DNA of 20,000 bases, taken from NCBI GenBank assembly GCA_039621445.1, contig CP154954.1:5853389-5873388 (forward strand), in the 5' to 3' direction. A program made the translations under genes and the position numbers. Every line of letters starts with the position of its first letter. The first letter of the stretch is position 1. Positions 1 to 9,400 of this stretch are shown here, piece after piece. This stretch comes from Euglena gracilis (taxonomy: Eukaryota). A model generated the notes under the pieces. The model worked only from the letters and a program-made list of their open reading frames with translations. It had not been told where the DNA came from and did not search any database.

Positions 1-57
1 GTCCGACGGGGCGTGGCACTGTGGTCGTTACCGGAATCGGTGCTTCCACAGGTGCTG
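1..57 (-). pseudogene. Continuation of the Pro-rich 3' ORF beyond element M
   Basis: Reads (S)APVEAPIPVTTTVPRPVG, in frame with ...MGEFPGV once M is removed. Confidence 0.75.
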
Positions 58-61
58 ATAC
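58..61 (+). other. Left target-site duplication ATAC
   Basis: ctgATAC|tgtgtg; identical to 1735-1738. Confidence 0.9.
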
Positions 62-306
62 TGTGTGCGGCGCCAGGTTTAAAATTTAAAAACCCAAAAT
101 TGAATTAGGAGGCGCCTATCCTAATTACAAAATCTCTATTTTTGCAGCTGCAACTGTCCTGAACTCTTTGACTCAAGGAAGGCCTGAACGCCAGATGAAG
201 ATTTCAAGTCTTGGTTTGTGCTATGCTGAAGGAAAGTGAGTGCTGCTGGAAAGGAAAAGTTTTCAAGTTTGACCCCCAGTGGGTACAAGGAGAAACTCAG
301 AAAACA
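62..306 (+). repeat. 5' LTR of element M (245 bp)
   Basis: TG...CA ends. Differs from 1491-1734 by 6 substitutions and 2 small indels (counted by eye). Confidence 0.93.
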
Positions 307-1064
307 CAAAGAGTTCAATTGTTGCTCAAGGCCTGGAGGCCAAAAGTCAGCCAGTTTGGCCAGAAGAAATGGACATTTCAGAAAGTGTCAAGTCAGGGAT
401 TGTCAATGATGAAAAAATCTGGGAAAATCAATGCTGCAGAAAACTTGGCTGGAAATCTGAGCTGTATGCAGTAAAATTTCAGTATGTTGTTGAAATCATT
501 GACAGATTGTAATTGAAGACCCCCAACATTGATGCATTCAGTTTGGAAGAAAGCAAGATATTCAAATGCTGGTGGGGACCTGGGTCACAATTTGTGGAAG
601 ATTCCTTCACAGTGAAGTGGACACATTCCATTGTTGGATTGTTGTGGTCAAGTCCCCCCTTCAGCCTCATTGCAAATGTCATCCGCAAGCTGAAGAAGGA
701 TCATGGTCATGCGGTGTTGGTTGTCCCAAAGTGGGTTACTGCCCCCTGGTGGGAAGATCTTCAAGACATTGTTGTCAGAATGCTGGAGTATCCTTGTGCC
801 ACGCCGTTGTTTGAGTTGGTTGGGGCAGGGTTCACAGTCCCCCCCACAAAATGGCCAGTACAAGTGGCATTTGTCTGTGGAAGGATAAGTCAATGTTTCA
901 AATTGGCAAAAGTTCTCAATCCAATTTCAAGTTCAGCAAAAAGGAGAATGAGGAGGCAAAAGATGAAAAGAGGGTCCTCCCCACAAGTGCACCTTAGGCT
1001 CCAGGTCGGCACAGGGGACAGCCCAAATTTCAGTGATTCAAGTGGTGAAGTCTCTTTGCAATGA
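279..1064 (+). pseudogene. Dam-like (phage/DIRS-type amino-) DNA methyltransferase ORF with one in-frame TAA at 510-512
   Basis: ORFs 279-512 and 513-1064 share a frame. Motifs P-IDAF, DSF--KW, LWSSPPFSLIANVIRKL and AVLVVPKWVTAPWWEDL follow the DIRS/phage Dam pattern (IDLFAS...DAF...W...NPPF-LI--VL-K...ILV-P-W----WW--L). Basic tail KRRMRRQKMKR. True start codon uncertain. Confidence 0.8.
307..317 (+). promoter_or_regulatory. Self-priming primer-binding site of element M (Tf1/sushi type)
   Basis: CAAAGAGTTCA directly after the 5' LTR is the exact reverse complement of TGAACTCTTTG at 160-170 in the LTR. No TGG-initiated tRNA PBS is present. Confidence 0.8.
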
Positions 1065-1481
1065 TTGTGTGTTCAATCTGAGCCCCCTCCTTGCGAAGTG
1101 GGCTTTGAGTTTGTGCTGGCCAGTGGCCCAGGCCCAGGGCCCAGGTGGGAGAACCGCTACAAGGGGGCCTACCCACAGGCCCTGGGACTCCCCCTGGCAG
1201 CCCCCCACTGGCCCTCTCATCCCAGGAGTGCCCTGGGGAAGGTTGGGAGGGGGACCAACCTTTCCCAGGGTGCCCCAAGGGCTCTGGGGTGGGCTGGTGG
1301 CCCTGTGGCCCCCCTACTTGTGCTGGACATTGTTGGACTAAATCCCTGTCAGCTGTATTATATCCCTGACTCAGCGTTCAAAAATTTAAAAAAAACAAAT
1401 TTCAGCCGCCCCCCCCCCCCAAAAAAAAGGCCAATTTTGGCGCCGCAAAAAATTGCCGAAGGCAGTGGGCACGAAGTGTCC

Positions 1482-1490
1482 AGAGAGGGG
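1482..1490 (+). promoter_or_regulatory. Polypurine tract of element M
   Basis: AGAGAGGGG immediately 5' of the 3' LTR TG. Confidence 0.85.
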
Positions 1491-1734
1491 TGTGTGGGCG
1501 GCGCCAGGTTTAAAATTTAAAAACCCAAAATTGAATTGGGAGGCGCCTATCCTAATTACAAAATTTCTGTTTTTGCAGCTGCAACTGTCCTGAACTCTTT
1601 GACTCAAGGAAGGCCTGAGCGCATGAAGATTTCAAGTCTTGGTTTGTGCTATGCTGAAGGAAAGTGAGTGCTGCTGGAAAGGAAAAGTTTTCAAGTTTGA
1701 CCACCAGTGGGTACAAGGAGACACTCAGAAAACA
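1491..1734 (+). repeat. 3' LTR of element M (244 bp)
   Basis: Copy of 62-306, preceded by the PPT and followed by ATAC. Confidence 0.93.
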
Positions 1735-1738
1735 ATAC
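1735..1738 (+). other. Right target-site duplication ATAC
   Basis: gaaaaca|ATACacccgg; identical to 58-61. Confidence 0.9.
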
Positions 1739-4700
1739 ACCCGGAAACTCTCCCATTGTCCGTGGGACGGCAGGGATCCTGCGCGGTGTCGGTGGTCGTG
1801 GGGGTATTTCTTCCACTTCCATTTTGACATCCGGTCGAGGAGGTTGATCCTCCACAACCGCTGGCGCAGGTGCTACGGGAGGTTGATCCTCCGTTGTAGC
1901 CGTTGCGACAGATGTCTCTGTCGGTTGGGGTTCATCCCCTGAAGATGGTTGCGCTGCTGCCGGAGGTGGGGGTGCCGGGACACCGATATCCGGCGTCTCC
2001 ACAACCTCAGTGGCAGAGCTTGATGCTATGCCTCCACCTCGTGGCGTTAGTGCAGAAGCCACGGCAGTAATGCCAGTGACGACGGCGCCGAGCACACGGC
2101 CTCCTAATGAGGTGCGTGCTGTGGGGCTGGCAGGTTCTTCGAGGGTATCCTCGATGACCATACCAGTCACCTCAGCTTCAGGCTCAGCCGCCGGGAGAGG
2201 CGTTGCAGCCACAGGTATATCCCCTGTGGGTGCTTCGTCTGGCCGAGGCTGTGCTGGGGCAGGCAGATCAGCGTAGAGGATAGCCTCCACGTTCTCGCCT
2301 TCCTCCTGAGGGAGTTCCTCGTCTCCACCTGCCGGTGGACAGACGGGAGCCGCGGCCGCGGGGGCCGGGGAGACTGATCGTTCCCCTGCCGCCCGTGGGG
2401 CAGAGACGAAGGATACAGCCGTCCCTGTCGGAGACAGCGGCGCTGCCTCCAGGATAGTGACGGAGGGGCTGCGGTCGCGATCCTCTCGCCGCGGAATCGC
2501 GGTGGTGGAAGCGACTGACTCCTCACGTCTCCTTCGCGCCAGAGGTTCATCCTCCGGGGCGATGAAGGCGCGCAGATCCTCGGGCGAACGCGGATCGTCG
2601 GGGTGCCATCGGCATCCCTGAGCATCCGCCAGCCTGTAAAAGGCCAGCGTACTGCTGCGGGGCTGTTGGGCCAGGGTGGCGGCCATGATGGCTGCACCCA
2701 AGCGTTGGCAGGCCTTTTTGGGCCCAGAACACCGCCGTAGCGCGTGTTTTCCCAGACGTCGAAAACGCCCTCCTCGAACTCCTGAACGCATGCCAGAATC
2801 GGCATACGCTGTTCGAGGATGGCCTCCGGGTGACACATCAGCGGGAGGAGTACCTCCCGGTCGAGGGTACCGCCAAACTGTCGCCGCAAATGTTCCTCCA
2901 TGTTGATATCAGCCAGGTGCCAGTTGGGGTGCAGGTGGCCGAGAATCCGACGACAAGGGCCCTCGATGGCGTCACCGTAATTCGGTGGCAGGCTTTCCAT
3001 ACCAGGCCTATCGTCCTGGGGGTCACGGAGATGTATATACACCTCCATGACATAGGTGGTCCAGGCTCGCCACCAGAACTGCTGCAGCATAAAAATACGC
3101 TGCTTGTGGACGCGGCGACTTTTGCCCTGGACATCCGGGGCGTCGCGGCACACATGCATAAGCATGCGGCGTCCCATCTCCAGGCCCGGGTTTTCCCGAG
3201 GCGGTGGAGGACTTCCGCGCACGCCTAATCCCCAGAAGTCGACAGGAAATTCCTGCCGGCAGTACTTACAACAGAGGTCATACCTCTGCAAGCCAGGGAA
3301 ATGCGCTTAACGCGGAAGGTGGAGCCGTAATGGCTCACCAGCCACACCTGGAGGTTGTTGCACCACAACACCTCGATCAGGCGTTCGATGTCGGGGTGTA
3401 GTGGGTAGAATTCCTACTGCACGCCGAGGGGTCTGACTCTATGAATACAGTCGTAGATTGCCTTCAGCCTTCGGGCCAACACACGCTGGTCCCGAAATCT
3501 CAACTGGTGCAGGTAACTGCGACCAGTGGAGTCGCTGAAGAGACCCCAGTTCAGGCAGGGGTATCCCAGCCAAAACAAGAGCTCCCAGAAACCCGGCTGG
3601 GCATCCAGCAAAGGTCTGCCACCTTCACCTTCGAAGGCTTACAGATCTCTTCCGTAATGGAATAGTCTGACTCTGTTCTCGGTGTGGCGTAATACCACAT
3701 CGATGACTGCTTGTGGAGGGGTGACGGGGCGGTTTCCTGCAATATGGTAACCATGCTGCATTCGCCAGCCTTCGTCCTCCAGCTCCTCCTTGCACCTGAG
3801 CATACGCTCAAAGTCCGAGAGGACTTCTGCTGGTTCCTCTTCCTCCTCACGTGCTGTTCCCTTACCTTTACCCTCACCCTTCCCTTTGCCGGCCACGCCT
3901 TTGCCTTCTCCCTTGCCTTTGCCCTCAGCCCAGCCTGTGTCCTTTCCCGTCTGGGGAATACCAGAGGGTCGGGCGCTCGGTGCCGCCGGAGTCGGTTCGG
4001 TTCCTTCCTATTCCATCTCTGGGGAGGGACCTGGCCGACCCGCTGCACGTCGCGGTGACGGCGTGGCTGGGGGTTGGCTAGGAGTCTGGCGTGGGCTTGG
4101 CTTCGGCGCAGGTGGTCGCGGCTCCTTCCATACCGGAGGAATCGGCGGTGGTATTGTGGCAACAGGACGGCTCATCGCCACCTCTGCCTCTGCCGGTGGT
4201 TTTCCAGCCGGGGTTACCTGGCTGGCTTCCACCTGCATCGCCACACCGCCTTCCGCGTCCCGTGGGCTGGGTCGCCTGGGCTGTGGGGTAAGGTTCTCCG
4301 TAGTCCTGTCGCGCTTCAGGGTGGCAGGTAATACTGCCACACCTGCCGGGGGCTCGCCGGGTAATACCGGGGTTGCCACCCGCAGCTGCGGCTGGTACGG
4401 ATGGCATGGGGTGTATCCACGGCCTGAAGGGCAGCCAGAGAGGAGTAATACCTCGACCGGTGCTCTTCAGACACGAATACTGGCTCCTGCAGGAAGTGCC
4501 GAGCAAGCTCATCCTGCTCGGTTTCCGGAGGTGCCATGTGATAGTAGGGAGTCTCCTGCCGACGGGGGATATCCCCAGTCTGGACCGGAGCTGCACTGGG
4601 CGGTCGGGCTGCCACACGGTGGGGAGGTTCATCCTCCACCACTATGGGCTCCGCCTGCCGCCGTGGCTCAACGCCAGGGACAGGGGCGACCGGTGATGCC

Positions 4701-5460
4701 TGTGGCATCCAGTGCATGAACATGTGTTGAACGTATGCCTCAGGGGGCACGTCCTACTGTCCGGCTGGGAGCACGCGTGCGCCGCGCGGGTAATCCGCGT
4801 GCGTCCCGTACTGCGAGACAAATTGCTCCGCTGGCGGCTCGCGCGGCGGCATTCGCTGCGGCGAGGGCGGGCGAGCAAAAATTTTCGTCATCCCAGGTGG
4901 GACATGCACAGCCTCACCTACCGGTGGGGGCGTGTGCTCACGCATATGCACGGTGTGGGATCCCACCGGCGTCTGCGTTTGCAGCATGGGCGGCACATAC
5001 ACGCCCAGGTCCATCATTGTCTCGCCAGGCTCGAATCTGGAATCGGATGCCGACGAGAAATACCGTCTCCCCGTCATCAGGGCTTGGCCACAGGGACACC
5101 ACTGAGCCACAGGCGTGTTGGCTACCACCAACAACTGAGCGCAGTATGCATCCCAAAGGGCTTGCATAAAGGGCTCCGTTGGGGGTGTGCGCACATACGC
5201 ATCGCCCGCTCCAACGTCTCCATAGTGCGGAAGATCATCTCTCCCGTATACGGGGGCAGGCGCGATCTGCGCTGCGCTGGTGGCTGACGTGCCGGCTGCT
5301 GGACGGCAGATGGATATGGTAGCGCATATGCGGACCGGCTGCTGGTAGCCGCGGCGAATACCGGGGCTGAAACCCTCTCAGCATGTGGGGCACCCGGAAT
5401 CGGGGCCTCAGCATACTGAGGGTACTGGGGGTATGGCTCGCCCGAAGGCTGCAGCCATGG
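1739..5460 (-). pseudogene. Extra long Pro/Ala/Glu-rich ORF downstream of pol, function unknown, frameshifted; continues at 1-57
   Basis: Chain of same-strand ORFs 4754-5194, 4316-4750, 4008-4379, 3639-3896, 3414-3611, 2167-3291 and 1691-2836. Contains a GKGKGE repeat (~3859-3926) and a W/C/H-rich core (CCKYC...HVC). Confidence 0.65.
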
Positions 5461-5563
5461 TGAACCAGGTGGTCCAGGTCCGCGCCCAGGCAGCAGGATG
5501 CTACCCGAACGACGACGACAACTAAGGGTGACCTTGTTGTCAGTCGCTTTGAGTGCTGGTGCA

Positions 5564-5637
5564 CTGAAAAAGTAAGGCTTCTATCTTAATCAAAAACTCT
5601 GCGAGAAAGATAGAGAAAGAAGGAAGTGCAGGGGGGG
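5564..5637 (-). promoter_or_regulatory. Candidate splice-acceptor region upstream of the 3' ORF
   Basis: Minus strand CCCCCCTGCACTTCCTTCTTTCTCTATCTTTCTCGCAG (AG ends 5599) and CCTTACTTTTTCAG (AG ends 5564). Confidence 0.5.
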
Positions 5638-5691
5638 TATAAACGCGAAACATTCACCTAAAGCACACGCATTCTCCAAAACGAAATCGTT

Positions 5692-5965
5692 TCAGAAAGT
5701 GTTTATGTTATTGCGCTTGTTCCACGGCTTCCAATCCTGCTGGATATATCCAACAAAACTGGATGCTGGCTCCCAAGTGTCCTCCTCTGGCCCATACCCT
5801 TTCCAGCGAACTTTCCAGTAGTGCACACCCCTGTCGACCTTGTGGTCTATTATCCTATCGAACACAAAGTCGTCCGTTTCAGGTAATCTGGAACGGGGCT
5901 TGAAATACAGGCAGGGGATAGCTTTTCCGTCTGGGGGGCTTAGGTACGGTTTGAAGTCGTCCATA
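5692..5965 (-). pseudogene. pol: C-terminal chromodomain of integrase
   Basis: [10 protein letters not shown]...[22 protein letters not shown], a canonical chromo motif with aromatic-cage residues. Stop at 5692. Confidence 0.95.
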
Positions 5966-5969
5966 TGTG

Positions 5970-6650
5970 TTGAAGTTTTGTAAAAACGATTTCCGTTTGT
6001 TGGAATGAATTTCTGTGATACGTGATTGGACTGCAGAGCGGAGTGATTCCACTTCTGCAAACCACGTTTCACAGCTGACGCTACTTCGGGCGGGTCTCTC
6101 CGACGGGATATCCCCTATGGCCGGAGGGTCTCGTCCGAAAACAATTTTGTACGGCGAGTGTGGTAATACCAACCCTGGCAAGGTATTGATGTAAAATAAA
6201 CACCAATGAAGAACGGATAACCAATTCTTACCCGAGTCGGCCAGTGAAAGGCGAAGCATATTGACAACGGATTTCACGGCTGCCTCGGCTCTACCATTGC
6301 CTTTCGGGCGGTATATAATGGAAAAATGCTGCTAAATGCCGAGTAAACCGCACAAAGTGGTGAAAAACCGCGAAGAGATCAAGTGATCTTGATCACTCAC
6401 AATTTCGTTCGGTAAACCCATTAAGCAGATACATTTCTCCAAAAATATGGATGCCAGAATTTGGGCCGTCAACCCTGCTTTCCGGCATGGAATGGCTACA
6501 ATGTACCCACTCAGCCGACAGACGACAACAAAAATTGTAAATTTTGTCATATTATCCTTTGCAAGGTTCAAGTTCGAGAAAGTCCATGCAGAGGGACGTA
6601 AAAGTGTCTGGTGGTACGGGGAAAAAGTCCATCGTACCAGGGGGGGTACC
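5970..6650 (-). pseudogene. pol: Integrase catalytic core (DDE), frameshifted
   Basis: SLCMDF, CRLSGYIVAIPC, GLPNEIVSDQD, NGRAEAAVKSV, SPYKIVFGRDP. Confidence 0.93.
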
Positions 6651-7691
6651 TCAGCGCGGTTTAACAGCCTGGCAAAATTGGCACCGTTGGGAAATTCGCA
6701 AACAGCGCGAATATAAATCTTTTGCACTCAGGGTTGTGCCATATCTGCGACCCACTAGTGAAAGAAGTTTGGGGGCCCCAGGGTGACCATGGTTGTGATA
6801 CCTCAAAATCACATCATCAACCAGGTCTTGGGGTATACAATATTTATAACCAGAAACATTCCGGAAAATAAGCCGCAATGGTGATAGAGAGTAATTCTCT
6901 ATGGATTCACCATTACGAAGTCTATTCACAATGGTACTATATATAGGGTCACGCGAATAGTCCCATTCGCGGAAAAATAGGGGGGTAGGAGTTTCCGTAC
7001 GCGTAATGCGACGGGGTGCGGCAGTGCGTCCACGCCGGCGCCTTCCACGCAATGGTGAAATGGCGATGCTGCGATATACCCGGGAAACGGGTAGTGAACC
7101 GAGCATGTTGTCCGCAGCGTCGGATCGACGTGCGAACTGGTCAGCCTCATGGCTGCCATAAAAAGTCGCATCACCCTCATCCGGGTTCCCAGGATAATCC
7201 CAGGGGGCTCGGCTGAGAGGATCCGCAACTTTTTGTGTATGACCTGGGGTATAGATAACCACCAGGTTAAACTGGCTCAAGAACTCATGCCATCGGCATC
7301 TTCTGCCAACTGATGACATGGCCTTGTTTAGGTCCTCGGTATACCAGTGTTGAAGGCTCTCATGATCCCTCAACACGAGTATCTGGACAAAGCTGCTGGC
7401 TATCCAGCTGCGGAATGTCTGGAGAATAAGCACAATGGTATATGTCTCCTTTTCGCGAATGCTCCATTTAACCTGTCCTTTCCCGTTGTCGCCCTGTAGC
7501 TTCCTGCTGAAGAAAGCCACAGGTCGGAGTTCATTCGCCGCATTATGCAGGCTAAGAACCCCGCCAACAGCGTAATCGCTGCTGTCGACTTCCAGGACAT
7601 ATGGTTTATATGGATCCGCGATATCGAGAACCACGTTCTCGAGCAGCAAGTCCTTGATTTTATTGAAGGCCTCGCGCATTTGGTCATCCAA
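6651..7691 (-). pseudogene. pol: RNase H and integrase HHCC zinc-binding domain
   Basis: VDSSDYAVGGVL, PVAFFSRKL, EKE, DHESL, VADPLSR; then YHNHGHPG...CQFCQ. Confidence 0.95.
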
Positions 7692-7735
7692 AATGACTTT
7701 TGCGTTATCGGGTGTCCTATTTTTGAGTTGTCGGG

Positions 7736-8640
7736 TTAGTGGTAACTGCGATTTTTTGCGAAATCTTTCATGTAAATCGCGTAATATTGGGCTAATCCCA
7801 AAAATCCCTTTAAATGCGTTAAGGTCTTAATGACCTCAGGAGTCCATTTCTTAATGGCCTCCATCTTACTGGGTGCCGCTTTACGCTGCCCGTTGCTCAG
7901 GATATGCCCGCAAAACTTAATAAATTTGCAAAACAGGTGCATTTTGGAACCCTTCACAAAAAGCGCATGCTTTTTGAACGCAGATAATACCACCCACACA
8001 TCGCGATAGTGCGGTTCGAGGATAGCCTCGCCCGATTTCGCGGATGGCGGTTGGGTTCCCACCAGTACATCATCGATGTACACCAGAGCAAACGGTAAAT
8101 CGCGCAAAACCCACTGGATCATGCGTTGAAACATGGCTGGACCATTCCTTACACCCATGGGGAGTACCGTCCATTGGTACACACCCTTGGATGTCACGAA
8201 TGCCGTGTACGGTTGCGAATCAGGATGCAAACGCATCTGATGGAAACCGTCTTCCAGATCAAAGATTGAGCACAACCGGTTATCCGATTGTCTGGTGATC
8301 AAATCTTTGATCAGCGGTAACGGGAAGGGGTCATCCTTCGTTTGGGAGTTCAGGTACCGGTAATCCAGCACTAGTCTCTACTTCTTTTGACCAGACTGGT
8401 CAGCGGGTTTGGGCACCACAAAAACCTGTGATGTCCATTCGCTCTTGGAAGGGATAATCCACTTCCGCTGGATGGGTTTCTCAATCATCTCGTTGAGAGC
8501 TTGTTCGCGTTCACCCGAACAACGGAAGAATTTACGGTGCATGGGTTTAGCGCCATCCTTGAGCTCGATTTTGCAAACACCGAACGGGCCGCGAATCGCG
8601 GGGTCGATGTCGCTGGCGTATACTGGGTTATCCAGTACAC
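7736..8640 (-). pseudogene. pol: Reverse transcriptase (Ty3/Gypsy)
   Basis: SEWTSQVFVVPK...K*RLVLDYRYLN (TAG at 8378-8380), FDLEDGFHQMRL, LPMGVRNGPAMFQR, YIDD (8069-8080), FCGH, LKGFLGLAQYY. Frameshift near 7745. Confidence 0.97.
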
Positions 8641-8784
8641 CATGAAATTCGCGAGTAATTCGCGAACAATAGTCAGCAGACTTTGTTGGTCCGCACTCTC
8701 AATGACCGCAGAAATCTGCGTTGAGGGTGTGGCATCCCCCTTGGTACCAAGGTATCTTGGCACACGCACATCGGATATTCCGAA

Positions 8785-9400
8785 TGCGTCAAAGAAACAA
8801 ACGCCAAAAATTATTTCTTTAACCGGTGGTAATAATATACTGGACGTCCTCAATCCCGTTGCGCAAGGTAACTTTATATCGCCCGCTACTACCTAACCTC
8901 TCCAAAATTTCGCATGGGCCGAGCCAAAGAGGATCTAGCTTGGAGGATTGCATGCGGGTGCGGTTATTCCGTACCCACACGTGGTCACCTGGACTATACA
9001 CAGGCACAAAAATCCTCGAATAGTGGTACATCAGCGGGTAAATCCCACCAGTGGAAACACACATGGGATAGTTGGTGAAACCAATCCGCATTCGGATTGA
9101 CGGGTATGAGGAGAGCTCCTCGCGCTTCATCGCGGAGGATTTTCTCCACCACATCCGGGAAAAAGTTCGGGAGAGGGTGCATCCAGAGCACCGTATCACC
9201 CCAAAATTTCAGAAATGCGTTGGAATGTCGCGACCAATATCGTGACAAGCGCGCATGCGCTTTTGATGAAAACACATCAATTTCTAATGACAAATCGAAG
9301 GAATCAGCCACAACCGCGATTTTGGAGAACGATCCCTCCAAAATTCGGTATTGACCAAAATTTAATGCGTTCCATACGCGCATCGCGTATGTGTCGACCT
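8785..9400 (-). pseudogene. Dam-like methyltransferase domain inside pol, between protease and RT; split by the 168-bp insert
   Basis: IDVFSS---ARLSRYW...NAF-KFW...LWMHPLPNFFPDVVEKILRD...ALLIPVNPNADWFHQL...PLFEDF [insert] ILLPPVKEIIFGVCFFDA. Colinear motif by motif with the element M protein. The catalytic motif is degenerate (HPLP). Confidence 0.75.
8841..9008 (-). other. Displaced integrase C-terminal GPY/F segment (168 bp)
   Basis: Encodes VPVYSPGDHVWVRNNRTRMQSSKLDPLWLGPCEILERLGSSGRYKVTLRNGIEDV. Homologous to element B ~15370-15525 and absent from A's integrase at ~5966-5969. Confidence 0.92.

Larger units (their letters stand above)
62..1734 (+). mobile_element. Complete non-autonomous mini LTR retroelement (TRIM-like, 1673 bp) carrying only a Dam-like methyltransferase ORF (element M)
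   Basis: Direct repeats at 62-306 and 1491-1734 both start TGTGTG and end AAAACA. ATAC flanks both ends (58-61, 1735-1738). A purine tract abuts the 3' repeat. There is no gag/pol inside. Removing the element plus one ATAC restores the interrupted minus-strand frame (PRTMGEFPGV|SAPVEAPIPVTTTVPRPVG). Confidence 0.93.

Noticed and set aside
279-1064. DIRS element or bacterial/phage Dam gene (R-M system, contamination)
   Set aside because: No tyrosine recombinase, nuclease or operon. Direct LTRs with a TSD indicate DDE-integrase insertion in a eukaryotic TE context.
62-1734. Tandem ~1.43-kb repeat with a truncated second unit
   Set aside because: TG...CA ends, the ATAC TSD, the PPT and the PBS show the repeats are paired LTRs.
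3859-3926. Assigning the host taxon from the GKGKG repeat and homopolymer style
   Set aside because: Suggestive of a protist but not diagnostic. The PBS only argues against the plant-type TGGTATCAGAGC tRNA-iMet.
3790-4719. 309-aa plus-strand ORF (likewise 4712-5287)
   Set aside because: Antisense shadow of a GC-rich, Pro-rich minus-strand ORF; no motifs.
1739-5460. env gene
   Set aside because: The position fits, but no signal peptide, fusion peptide or transmembrane anchor is visible.
5565-5691. 3' LTR/PPT of element A directly after the chromodomain
   Set aside because: No similarity to 15054-15367, and the tract is pyrimidine-rich on the element's sense strand.
8841-9008. Independent mini-transposon or solo LTR (TG...CA ends)
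   Set aside because: It is entirely integrase coding sequence, has no TSD, and matches the gap in the same element.
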